64,000 nucleotides of DNA, from contig OZ193909.1 of the NCBI GenBank assembly GCA_964276515.1, forward strand, positions 15,190,001 to 15,254,000, read 5' to 3'. Shown here piece after piece: positions 1-10,777 of the stretch (the first letter of the stretch is position 1; every line of letters begins with the position of its first letter). This stretch comes from Gordius albopunctatus. Lineage: Eukaryota. The notes under the pieces were generated by a model. The model saw only the letters and a program-made list of their open reading frames with translations. It did not search any database and was not told where the DNA came from. The translations under genes were made by a program, and so were the position numbers.

Positions 1-1288
1 TTTAACCTAGCACATTTACTTTTTAAATTATATACAAAAAAATAATTTGTCCCCCTATCCTTTTACATTTACAAATTGCTCTAGCCTTGCGGCCGTCGTC
101 CCTCCTCTTTAACATTAACACTAGGAATTAAGTGTGTATTGTTGTTTATCTACTTCACTCATAGACTACTGCTGTCCGTTGTGTTGTGCTTGTATGTACA
201 ACTTCCTAGATTCGCTTATGCAAAATATTTTATTATTTTAATAATAATGGGTAAAAAAACATAAAATCATACGGCTAAGGTTAATTATATTGCAAAAATA
301 CAATTTGTGCTCACCCTTTCCAACCCATTTTTTGCCCGCAAGTAAAGTGCACGTTTATTTTTTGTGTATTAATTTTTTTACCAAAATTAATTTATAGTAT
401 TGTTTGAGGGTATATTTATCTTTTATAAATTGTAGTAATAAAATTTAAATTAGTTTAATCTTTTTTATCGATAGAAGTTTATTTCCAAATAATTAGGTAT
501 GTTATACGCTAAAATATATGAAAGTAATAAGCTGGCATAGAGCCAAAAAAAATTTAAAAGCAATTTTCGCTTATTACCGTTTCACGAAACGAATTTATAG
601 GAAAAAGTCTAGATGGGAATTAGTGATGATCAAAACCTAGGTCAGGTTTTCCCGAGGTCCAACCTCAGGTCGGTTTTAGGTTCGGGTGTTCAAAAACCTG
701 GAGGTTGATCCCGAAAATCAACCTGAAAAACCTTCAGGTCAATTTTATCCCCAACCTGAAACCCAGGTTGACCTCAGGTTAACCTGATAAAAATCTCTTG
801 TTTTATGCGATAAATTTTAGAATAAATTTTTATTTTACTTTAACTATTTTCCTTTTTCAAGATGCGTCACACTTTTTAAATATTTACAATTTTAAATGAA
901 AAAATAGTTTTTGGTTATTATTTAAAAAAAATAAGATTTTTTTTATATAAAAATTTAATTAATTGTTAAACATGTATATTACTCGATAACGCCATCTATA
1001 TGTTTATTAATCCGAAAGGTTGGTTATGCCATTCCTTTCGGATCCCCTGGCTACGCTTTTACGTTTCACCAGGGGGTATTTTATTAACGCGTTATTTCAC
1101 TATAGTAAGCAATATAATACAGCGGTGCGCGTATATGTATGTGGGTATTAGAACGAAAATTTTGGGGGAGAATAAGGGTAAAGTAAAAAAGGCAGAGAGG
1201 GTAAGTGCGTAAAACACGTGGAACAGAAAAAATATGAGCGAATGATGGTGTGTCTTTGTTTTCTGCTTATATACTCTTTGTCACGTGT

Positions 1289-3036
1289 TTACCGAGGGAT
1301 TTCGCTTTCGTTTTCCTCGCTGCTTTCCCCAAGGTTTTCGTTCTCCCAAAAACCTAGATCTATTTGGTCGTCTATTTCGTCGGGCTGGATCTCCGGTATC
1401 TCGAATCCTTGTGGAGGGATGTTGGAGTGGCTATCAGGCAACGAATATCTTTCTGGCGGCATCCAGGTTCTGGAAGGTAGGTCGGCTGGGTTACTGTTTG
1501 TTGATATCCACTTTATGTTGTAGTGTAGCTTTAGGAGGTGGGATACGTCGTAGGCGGCTACGAAGTTTGCAATAATGGTTTCCAGTATGGGAGAATTCGA
1601 TCCTCCCTTTAGTAGTACGAAGTACGCTGTTGTGGAATCGGTGACGACCTTTGGGTAATTTGCCCCATTATGGATTGCATGTAGGTAGGCGTAGATAGCT
1701 GCAATTGTTTCCGTGGCGGTTATGTGTCCTTCGTGTACCCATTCCAGACCTATTGCTCGTGCTGCGTCCCTGAAGGTTATAGAGAAGTTCTGATCTCCCC
1801 ATGAGATACCGATATGGTCGTCTGAGGCATCAGCATATATTGTTGTGTCGTGCTCCCTGTGCAGGGGTATGATTTGTCCCAGGATTTCCAGGCATCCTTG
1901 TAGTTTTGCCTGGGCTGCCGGCCTGTCGTGGGTCGTGATGTTGTTGTTTGCGGCTATCGCATAAAAGGTGCTGAACAGCCTTGGCATTCCCGTAAGGTTG
2001 TAGTAAAAATAGTTGAGCACCCCTAGGGCTTCCATCAGTGTGTAGTCTGTTATCGGCGTTGGTGTTGATAAGAACAGATGGAGTATGTCCGCTGCATATT
2101 TTAGTCGTGTTTGAGTGCTGGCGGATACCTTTATTGAGTGTGTTCGAAAATCGAGTATCAGTCCGAGGTATTCGATGGTGTCTTCTGGCCATACTGATGA
2201 TTTGCTGACATTTATGGTCAGGCCCCAATCTTTGGTCATCTCGGCGATGTTCCCCAGATCTTCCATGACGTGATTTTCGTCTTCGGCGAAGATCAGGATA
2301 TCGTCGAGGTATACGTTGTAATTGCAACGCTTTACTGCCTTCTTAACTAAGTCTGCAACTATTGTTTGGAGCACAAAAGGCGAGAAGGAGGCCCCCATAG
2401 AGAGGACTTCGTATTGGTATAGCTTATTTCGCCATTTGTAGCCGCAGTACCGTTTGGCATTCTTGTGCAACGGTATGCTAAAAAATGCGGCTTTAAGATC
2501 TATCTTGGCCGCATAATTTGCCTTAGCCAACTTCTTTGCTGTGAGGGGGATGGTCGCCAACTTGACTGGTAGATGCTTGAAATTTTTTGAAGCCTCTGAT
2601 AGGTCTGTGATAACGCGGGCATCCCCATTTTGTTTAGCTATGAAAAAGGTTGCGGAGGTGATGGCGAGCGACTGAGTCTCGGATACAACCCCCGCTTCTT
2701 TCATAGTGGTGAAGTAAGCTGGACTTCCTTTAGAGATTGCTTTACGCCTATCTGGCCTGAACAGGCCGTCATTCCTCCTTATTTTTGGGAGGTCGAGTGG
2801 TGGTTTGAATCCTTCAAACGCTACCTTCAGCGTAAAGGGCGACATGAGAGGGTGCGGCTTTAGCCTAGAGGTCTTGATGTCGAGAGGCCCTTTGGGCTTA
2901 GTCATGACGCTTTGTTTGCCCCATAGGAAGATGGCATTGTGCCTATCCACAAGGTCCGGGACATTTCCCGAACCGGTGTCCCCGCCGAGGGATTCATCAT
3001 CGGGGTTGGTGCGGTCGTTGACGTCGGTGGGTATCC
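1289..3036 (-). CDS. 5'-truncated inverted copy of the RT-RNase H polymerase (element 1)
   Basis: Nearly identical to the C-terminal 553 aa of 4201..6438 (LSMG for LPMG, GDA for GEA). YLDD is intact. Confidence 0.85.
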
Positions 3037-3913
3037 CAACTGGTGGAGATGCAGAGGAAACAGAACAGAGCGAATCAACGCCGGAAATGTTAGCGGCATC
3101 GATGTCTGTGGTGGGCCCTAGTCACAGGCAGCTAGAACCAACGAGCATAGCTCCGATCCAAATGCCGTCAACAGTGCAGATTATACCAGCTCCGGACCCA
3201 CCAAAGACCCCGGCCTTCCTATGCGAAGAAATTGCAAAGCATACACAGGGTCTGGAAGAATTACTCAGAGACCCGGACTAACGTGTCCAAAAAAGAGACA
3301 GACATGAAGCCAAATATGCTATAATGATGTCACAAGGCTGTCTACCGACATCACCGCTGGAAGTACTAATAGCGCACGACAAACAGCTTAAAACCTTATG
3401 CTTGGCCATAAAATTCAATTGGGCAACTGCAGCCAAGCATGACACGACATGGCTCACCGACATGGGGTTCAAAGATGTAGAAATAACAGTCCCCAAGTCA
3501 CCGAGAAAATCGTTTTTTCCAGGAGCTGGCAGGGCAGAGGCAAAAAGCCGAGCCGACACTTCCCGAAGAACGCGGCCCCTGCCCCGCGTTCGTAAGCTAA
3601 TACGCAACACCGTCAGCCGGTGGGAGTACGGGCCCTCGGGCGAACCGACTCTCAACGGGGATAAAGACTCGGGCNNNNNNNNNNNNNNNNNNNNNNNNNN
3701 NNNNNNNNNNNNNNNNNNNNNNNNNNNNNNNNNNNNNNNNNNNNNNNNNNNNNNNNNNNNNNNNNNNNNNNNNNNNNNNNNNNNNNNNNNNNNNNNNNNN
3801 NNNNNNNNNNNNNNNNNNNNNNNNNNNNNNNNNNNNNNNNNNNNNNNNNNNNNNNNNNNNNNNNNNNNNNNNNNCATCGGGGTTGGTGCGGTCGTTGACG
3901 TCGGTGGGTATCC

Positions 3914-4158
3914 CAACTGGTGGAGATGCAGAGGAAACAGAACAGAGCGAATCAACGCCGGAAATGTTAGCGGCATCGATGTCTGTGGTGGGCCCTAGTC
4001 ACAGGCAGCTAGAACCAACGAGCATAGCTCCGATCCAAATGCCGTCAACAGTGCAGATTATACCAGCTCCGGACCCACCAAAGACCCCGGCCTTCCTATG
4101 CGAAGAAATTGCAAAGCATACACAGGGTCTGGAAGAATTACTCAGAGACCCGGACTAA
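3914..4158 (+). pseudogene. N-terminal part of element 1 ORF1 (gag/core-like), 5'-truncated, in frame with 4201..6438 across one TAA
   Basis: Reads ...GLEELLRDPD*RVQKRDRHEAKYAIMM... in one frame and aligns with ORF 40594..41313. Confidence 0.65.
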
Positions 4159-4200
4159 CGTGTCCAAAAAAGAGACAGACATGAAGCCAAATATGCTATA

Positions 4201-6438
4201 ATGATGTCACAAGGCTGTCTACCGACATCACCGCTGGAAGTACTAATAGCGCACGACAAACAGCTTAAAACCTTATGCTTGGCCATAAAATTCAATTGGG
4301 CAACTGCAGCCAAGCATGACACGACATGGCTCACCGACATGGGGTTCAAAGATGTAGAAATAACAGTCCCCAAGTCACCGAGAAAATCGTTTTTTCCAGG
4401 AGCTGGCAGGGCAGAGGCAAAAAGCCGAGCCGACACTTCCCGAAGAACGCGGCCCCTGCCCCGCGTTCGTAAGCTAATACGCAACACCGTCAGCCGGTGG
4501 GAGTACGGGCCCTCGGGCGAACCGACTCTCAACGGGGATAAAGACTCGGGCTCTCCCAGGTGGTGGCAACAAATCAAAAACTTTTTAAGGGAGACTCGCC
4601 GCCAGATCTTTTCCCCTGCGCATCCGGCAGAAGGCGACAACACCGAGGGGCCAGCGCAGCCCCCTCCATTCCCGCCACGAGAGTATCCAAGGATACCCAC
4701 CGACGTCAACGACTGCACCAACCCCGATGATGAATCCCTCGGCGGGGACACCGGTTCGGGACATGTCCCGGACCTTGTGGATAGGCACAAAGCCATCTTC
4801 CTATGGGGCAAACAAAGCGTCATGACTAAGCCCAAAGGGCCTCTCGACATCAAGACCTCTAGGCTAAAGCCGCACCCTCTCATGTCGCCCTTTACGCTGA
4901 AGGTAGCGTTTGAAGGATTCAAACCACCACTCGACCTCCCAAAAATAAGGAGGAATGACGGCCTGTTCAGGCCAGATAGGCGTAAAGCAATCTCTAAAGG
5001 AAGTCCAGCTTACTTCACCACTATGAAAGAAGCGGGGGTTGTATCCGAGACTCAGTCGCTCGCCATCACCTCCGCAACCTTTTTCATAGCTAAACAAAAT
5101 GGGGAGGCCCGCGTTATCACAGACCTATCAGAGGCTTCAAAAAATTTCAAGCATCTACCAGTCAAGTTGGCGACCATCCCCCTCACAGCAAAGAAGTTGG
5201 CTAAGGCAAATTATGCGGCCAAGATAGATCTTAAAGCCGCATTTTTTAGCATACCGTTGCACAAGAATGCCAAACGGTACTGCGGCTACAAATGGCGAAA
5301 TAAGCTATACCAATACGAAGTCCTCCCTATGGGGGCCTCCTTCTCGCCTTTTGTGCTCCAAACAATAGTTGCAGACCTAGTTAAGAAGGCAGTAAAGCGT
5401 TGCAATTACAACGTATACCTCGACGATATCCTGATCTTCGCCGAAGACGAAAATCACGTCATGGAAGATCTGGGGAACATCGCCGAGATGACCAAAGATT
5501 GGGGCCTGACCATAAATGTCAGCAAATCATCAGTATGGCCAGAAGACACCATCGAATACCTCGGACTGATACTCGATTTTCGAACACACTCAATAAAGGT
5601 ATCCGCCAGCACTCAAACACGACTAAAATATGCAGCGGACATACTCCATCTGTTCTTATCAACACCAACGCCGATAACAGACTACACACTGATGGAAGCC
5701 CTAGGGGTGCTCAACTATTTTTACTACAACCTTACGGGAATGCCAAGGCTGTTCAGCACCTTTTATGCGATAGCCGCAAACAACAACATCACGACCCACG
5801 ACAGGCCGGCAGCCCAGGCAAAACTACAAGGATGCCTGGAAATCCTGGGACAAATCATACCCCTGCACAGGGAGCACGACACAACAATATATGCTGATGC
5901 CTCAGACGACCATATCGGTATCTCATGGGGAGATCAGAACTTCTCTATAACCTTCAGGGACGCAGCACGAGCAATAGGTCTGGAATGGGTACACGAAGGA
6001 CACATAACCGCCACGGAAACAATTGCAGCTATCTACGCCTACCTACATGCAATCCATAATGGGGCAAATTACCCAAAGGTCGTCACCGATTCCACAACAG
6101 CGTACTTCGTACTACTAAAGGGAGGATCGAATTCTCCCATACTGGAAACCATTATTGCAAACTTCGTAGCCGCCTACGACGTATCCCACCTCCTAAAGCT
6201 ACACTACAACATAAAGTGGATATCAACAAACAGTAACCCAGCCGACCTACCTTCCAGAACCTGGATGCCGCCAGAAAGATATTCGTTGCCTGATAGCCAC
6301 TCCAACATCCCTCCACAAGGATTCGAGATACCGGAGATCCAGCCCGACGAAATAGACGACCAAATAGATCTAGGTTTTTGGGAGAACGAAAACCTTGGGG
6401 AAAGCAGCGAGGAAAACGAAAGCGAAATCCCTCGGTAA
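4201..6438 (+). CDS. ORF1 C-terminus fused to reverse transcriptase-RNase H (hepadnavirus/HEART- or DIRS-related), no integrase
   Basis: RT motifs FFIAKQNGEARVITDLS, KIDLKAAFFSIPL, LPMGASFSPF, YLDD, INVSKS, YLG. RNase H motifs YADAS, HITATE, VVTDS, NPADLPSR. Ends in a short acidic tail. Confidence 0.9.
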   Translation: MMSQGCLPTSPLEVLIAHDKQLKTLCLAIKFNWATAAKHDTTWLTDMGFKDVEITVPKSPRKSFFPGAGRAEAKSRADTSRRTRPLPRVRKLIRNTVSRWEYGPSGEPTLNGDKDSGSPRWWQQIKNFLRETRRQIFSPAHPAEGDNTEGPAQPPPFPPREYPRIPTDVNDCTNPDDESLGGDTGSGHVPDLVDRHKAIFLWGKQSVMTKPKGPLDIKTSRLKPHPLMSPFTLKVAFEGFKPPLDLPKIRRNDGLFRPDRRKAISKGSPAYFTTMKEAGVVSETQSLAITSATFFIAKQNGEARVITDLSEASKNFKHLPVKLATIPLTAKKLAKANYAAKIDLKAAFFSIPLHKNAKRYCGYKWRNKLYQYEVLPMGASFSPFVLQTIVADLVKKAVKRCNYNVYLDDILIFAEDENHVMEDLGNIAEMTKDWGLTINVSKSSVWPEDTIEYLGLILDFRTHSIKVSASTQTRLKYAADILHLFLSTPTPITDYTLMEALGVLNYFYYNLTGMPRLFSTFYAIAANNNITTHDRPAAQAKLQGCLEILGQIIPLHREHDTTIYADASDDHIGISWGDQNFSITFRDAARAIGLEWVHEGHITATETIAAIYAYLHAIHNGANYPKVVTDSTTAYFVLLKGGSNSPILETIIANFVAAYDVSHLLKLHYNIKWISTNSNPADLPSRTWMPPERYSLPDSHSNIPPQGFEIPEIQPDEIDDQIDLGFWENENLGESSEENESEIPR

Positions 6439-6453
6439 ACACGTGACAAAGAG

Positions 6454-6487
6454 TATATAAGCAGAAAACAAAGACACACCATCATTC
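6454..6487 (+). promoter_or_regulatory. Putative TATA box plus initiator just downstream of the pol stop
   Basis: TATATAA at 6454-6460 and TCATTC at 6482-6487, canonical spacing. AATAAA at 6642-6647. Confidence 0.4.
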
Positions 6488-8219
6488 GCTCATATTTTTT
6501 CTGTTCCACGTGTTTTACGCACTTACCCTCTCTGCCTTTTTTACTTTACCCTTATTCTCCCCCAAAATTTTCGTTCTAATACCCACATACATATACGCGC
6601 ACCGCTGTATTATATTGCTTACTATAGTGAAATAACGCGTTAATAAAATACCCCCTGGTGAAACGTAAAAGCGTAGCCAGGGGATCCGAAAGGAATGGCA
6701 TAACCAACCTTTCGGATTAATAAACATATAGATGGCGTTATCGAGTAATATACATGTTTAACAATTAATTAAATTTTTATATAAAAAAAATCTTATTTTT
6801 TTTTAAATAATAACCAAAAACTATTTTTTCTTCATTTAAAATTGTAAATATTTAAAAAGTGTGACGCATCTTGAAAAAGGAAAATAGTTAAAGTAAAATA
6901 AAAATTTATTCTAAAATTTATCGCATAAAACAAGAGATTTTTATCAGGTTAACCTGAGGTCAACCTGGGTTTCAGGTTGGGGATAAAATTAACCTTAAGG
7001 TTTTTCAGGTTGATTTTCGGGATCAACCTCAGGTTAAGGTTCGGGTGTTCAAAAACCTGGTAATGTTTTAGAACGCCCGAACCTGAACCCTCAGGTTGCC
7101 TGATCAAAACCTAGGTTTTGATCATCACTAATGGGAATGTAAATAGATGGTGTATTTTGAGCGACATTCGGCATTACATTTTTATATATATAATTACTAC
7201 TCACTCACTACACTGCTAGCAATGGTTGTGAGCTATTAAAGTAAAATCTTATTCATTCTTATCCCTTTTTCAATAATTTAATTCTCCTTCGTCCCTAATC
7301 CTTTTTTCCACTTCGCCTGTGTGAAACATTTTTAATATTAGTTTTTGTTTTAAAATTCCTGCATTCTTTAGGTTAATTAGTTCTTATAGAAGTGTTTAAA
7401 AATATAATTACAAAAAATATTTTTCAGGTAATTGAAGTTATAAATAACTAATTATATTTAGAGTCATGTCAAGAAACAGAAAGTGTACTACATCTCCCAA
7501 TAAGTTTTGTTATGTGTTCTGGAGAATATATTACATTGAATTCCCATAAAAGAAGAATTACAAAATCGGTGGTGGCTCAATTGTATAAAAGAATTTTTAG
7601 TATTCCTTGCACGGATCAATAAACACCCTTCACCCCACATGTTATATGTATTTCATGTTAATGGGGTCTATCATTGGTACAACAAGAAAATATTTAACCT
7701 AAAAATGACGTCACCTATGTTATGGCGCTAAATAACCAATCATGTCACCGATTGTTATTTTCGTTTAACTGAGATTTATGGACATAGTAGGAATAGTAAG
7801 AAAAAGATTGTGTACCCAGACGTGCCATCTGCAATTAGACCATGTTTTGGAACCTTAGAGCCTACTATTACTATTTTGCAAGATGAAACGGAAGAAAATT
7901 GGGTTTGCAATAAATAGTATTTCAAAGCCTATTTTATTTTTGCAAGCTCAACTTGATGATTTCATACAAAAATTTGAGATTGTCGAAAAATAAGGCCGAG
8001 CTTTTTGCATCGAGACTCCATAAGAAAATCTTGTTGCAGTCTGATGTCCTAAAATATGTAGTATAACTGCTTTGGGGCTACTTTTTGAGGAATCTATAAA
8101 GAGCCGCTATTCGTCACAATTAAATGGCACTCTAATAGCTTCAGACAAGCATATGTTAATACAGAATACAATATTATTTTTAAGAATAAATAATGGAGTT
8201 AAAAATTTGTCTCATCCCG

Positions 8220-9303
8220 ATATGATATTTTTACATCAGACTGCAACAACCTGAAGTCTAGATGCAAGCTCGGCTTTGTTTTTGACTCAAGTCCTTAATG
8301 AAATTATCAAGTTTTGGAAAATATAATAAGCTTTGTAATGTTATTTTTTGTAAACATGGGCTTACTTACACTCGATTTGGTCCCCATTTTCTTCCGTCTC
8401 ATCTTGAAAAATCCTAATACTAGCTTCTTAAGTTCCAAAACATGGTCTAATTGCAGATGGCACGTCTAGGTACACAATCTTTTTCTTACTATTCCTACTA
8501 TGTCCATAAATCTTAGTTAAACATAAATAAAAATCTGTGGCGGTGACGTCATTTTAGGATGAAATTTTTCTGATAACACCAAACTGATAGATCGCACAAC
8601 ATGAATCGCATATAGCATGTCGGGCGAAGGGTTTTTCGTAATCCATGCAAGGAAAAGTAAAAATTCTTTCATACAATTGAGCCACTGATTTTGTAATTCT
8701 TCTTTTAGGGGAATTGGATGTAATACATTCTCCAGAACACATAACAAAACTTATTGGGTGAGGTAAGACACTTTCTTGACATGGCCCTAAACTGAATTAG
8801 TAATTAATATATCTTCAATTGCCTGAAAAAAGTTAGTTTTTGTATATATTTTTCAAACACTTTTATAACAACTAATAAGCCTAAATCATGCAGGAATTTA
8901 TAAACAAACTATATTTATATTAAAAATGTCTCGCACAGGCGAAGTGAAAAAGAGGATTAGGGACGAAGAAGAATTCAATTGGAAAAATGGATAAAAAAGA
9001 TTGTACTATAATAGCTCACAACCATTGCTAGCAGTGTAGTGAGTACTATAAGTTATAAAAAAATGTAATGCCGAATGTCGCTCAAAATACACTATTTATT
9101 TTATAATCTTAACTTTTTCCGAAAAAATTGATGGCTTGTGTGGACTATGTTTCGTGAAACAGACATAACGCATAAGCCAAAATCGGTATTGAATTTTTTG
9201 AATTAAACTATTGTAAATTTTATAAAAAATAAATACCCCCTCATACAATCTATTAATTATATTGGTAACGAATTAAAGATACTCAAAAAACAAGCGTGCA
9301 CTG
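8220..9303 (-). mobile_element. Second, diverged 5' half of the m44-like transposon in opposite orientation
   Basis: Terminus GTGCACTG ends at 9303. Inverted similarity to 345-600 and 7139-8050. ORF fragment 8554..8742 reads ...YERIFTFPCMDYEKPFARHAICDSC. Confidence 0.6.
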
Positions 9304-9914
9304 TTGCCCTTCATTATTGCCCCCCTCCCCATGGCGCCGTGTAAAATTTAATCGACAAATTAAAGTGCGCTTTACGGAACTTATTGATACCACAGATTTT
9401 GATTACTACAATAAATTTATTTGAATGATTTATTATTGAGATGTATAAATATGATAGCATTTACAATATCGGGTCACATTTAATTTGAAATATATATAGT
9501 TTTGCAAATGAAGCATATAAAAACTTACTTTTATTTGTGTTATGAATACATATTTATGTAGTTTATAATACTTTACATTACTTGCTGAATATAATTTAAA
9601 AATATTATTTTGTTGATGTATTTTACCTTTCACGAGTCAAATTTAAATTTGCGTCCAAATTAAAACAATCAGATTTAAAAAAACAAAAGGAATTAACTCA
9701 ATGAATACTCCTATATTATAAATTTTGATATTAATTAAAAAATATTATAATACATAATAGCATTAATTTAAAAGATATGTCCCGTGTATTTAGCAGCATT
9801 GTAAGATTCAAAACCTTTGACCCGAAACATTTAATCCTACCCGACCCGAAGACATTTCAAAAGTTTTAACGCATATCGGGTCGGGTTTAGGGTCACCCGT
9901 GCAGTTCTCTAGTA

Positions 9915-10535
9915 GAAGTAGTAGAGAAGATAAACAAGAACACGCACTTAATTCCTATTCCTAGTGTTAATGTTAAAGAGAAGGGAGGACGACCTCGGCA
10001 ATTTCTAAATATGTAAAAATATAGCTGGGGATTAGAGTTGTTAAATTGCTAACTTTCTACAACTTCAGCTACCATCTGATCGAGTTTCTGCTCGGCCCTC
10101 GAGCATTTTTAAATGCTAATGTTCTGCCTAGTGCACCTAACAGCGAGCACATATTATGCAAACGACCATATAAAGCAACTCAGTGTGCGTGCTCGCGTCT
10201 AGAGTTTGAAGAAAGTTAGCAATTTAACAACTCTACTGGGGATAAGTTAATTTTGCTAATAATTTAAAAAGTAAATGTGCTAGGATAAAAAAAGTGTAAA
10301 TACATTCCTCTCCCCTTTATCTACGAACTAAATCTATTTAAAAAAATGCTTATCGATTAATTTGCAAGTTATTGACGTTTGAAAACGCTAAAATCGCTTT
10401 TTTGGCAACTTTGACAGCGAAAACTTGACGTATAGGGAAAAAACTAAAAATACATTTGTGATCACAATGAAAAATTAGAATCTACAAACAGTTTTCCGCT
10501 TGATTTCACAAGTCCATTATTTGTTGACCACTGGT
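9915..10535. repeat. Interspersed repeat family, also present at about 1-240 (inverted) and about 34690-35230
   Basis: Shared blocks such as gataaaca...cctagtg, aaaagtaaatgtgctagg and cgattaatttgcaagttattga. Confidence 0.6.
10033..10235. mobile_element. hAT-type MITE
   Basis: TIR TAGAGTTGTTAAATTGCTAACTTTC. 8-bp TSD CTGGGGAT. Confidence 0.85.
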
Positions 10536-10777
10536 ATTATTTATTAATTTAAGATATATTAAATAATTGCTTGGGGACAAGGGGGCCAGGATTTTGCTCT
10601 TGGGAGGGGAGGGGCCAATCTTAGTAGTAACCAAATAGGTGACATAATACAAACCATTAATCAAAAAATATGTTGAGGATCAGATAAACTAAGATAAATA
10701 GATTATGTATTACTAAAATAGCCATAATGGGAAAAATTACGTTAGATGCTTTTGGTTAACACGGTTAAAATGTTTAA

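Larger units (their letters stand above)
702..7030. repeat. Long inverted repeat: arm about 702-3036 versus arm about 4691-7030
   Basis: The ORF track is mirrored (1289..2950- versus the 3' part of 4201..6438+; 1000..1212+ versus 6515..6727-). The arms differ by a few substitutions and a 3-bp indel. Confidence 0.9.
621..7130. mobile_element. Non-autonomous hAT-type element (family A) carrying an inverted-duplicated RT element
   Basis: TIR TAGTGATGATCAAAACCTAGG at 621 and its reverse complement ending at 7130. Perfect 8-bp TSD ATGGGAAT at 613-620 and 7131-7138. An empty 459-bp relative lies at 39489-39947. Confidence 0.9.
345..8050 (+). mobile_element. Decayed 5' half of a Tc1/mariner-superfamily (m44-like) DNA transposon, interrupted by the 621-7130 insertion
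   Basis: TA followed by AAGTGCAC terminus at 343-352. Broken transposase from about 7467: SPNKFCYV...WR*ITNHVTDCYF...YPDVPSAIRP...LSKNKAELFASRL, motifs I associate with this transposase family. Confidence 0.6.

Noticed and set aside
2998..4551. Apparent tandem duplication (2998-3674 repeated at 3875-4551)
   Set aside because: Apparently identical sequence on both sides of a 200-N gap, most likely an unmerged contig overlap. ORFs spanning the Ns are artefacts.
4155..4922. 255-aa antisense ORF and other antisense ORFs over the RT elements
   Set aside because: Shadow frames of GC-richer coding sequence, with no motifs.
5400..5897. 165-aa ORF overlapping RT as a possible envelope or recombinase gene (also 1830..2327 and 38102..38392)
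   Set aside because: Non-ATG start, no hydrophobic segments and no YR motifs. Similarity between elements follows from pol conservation.
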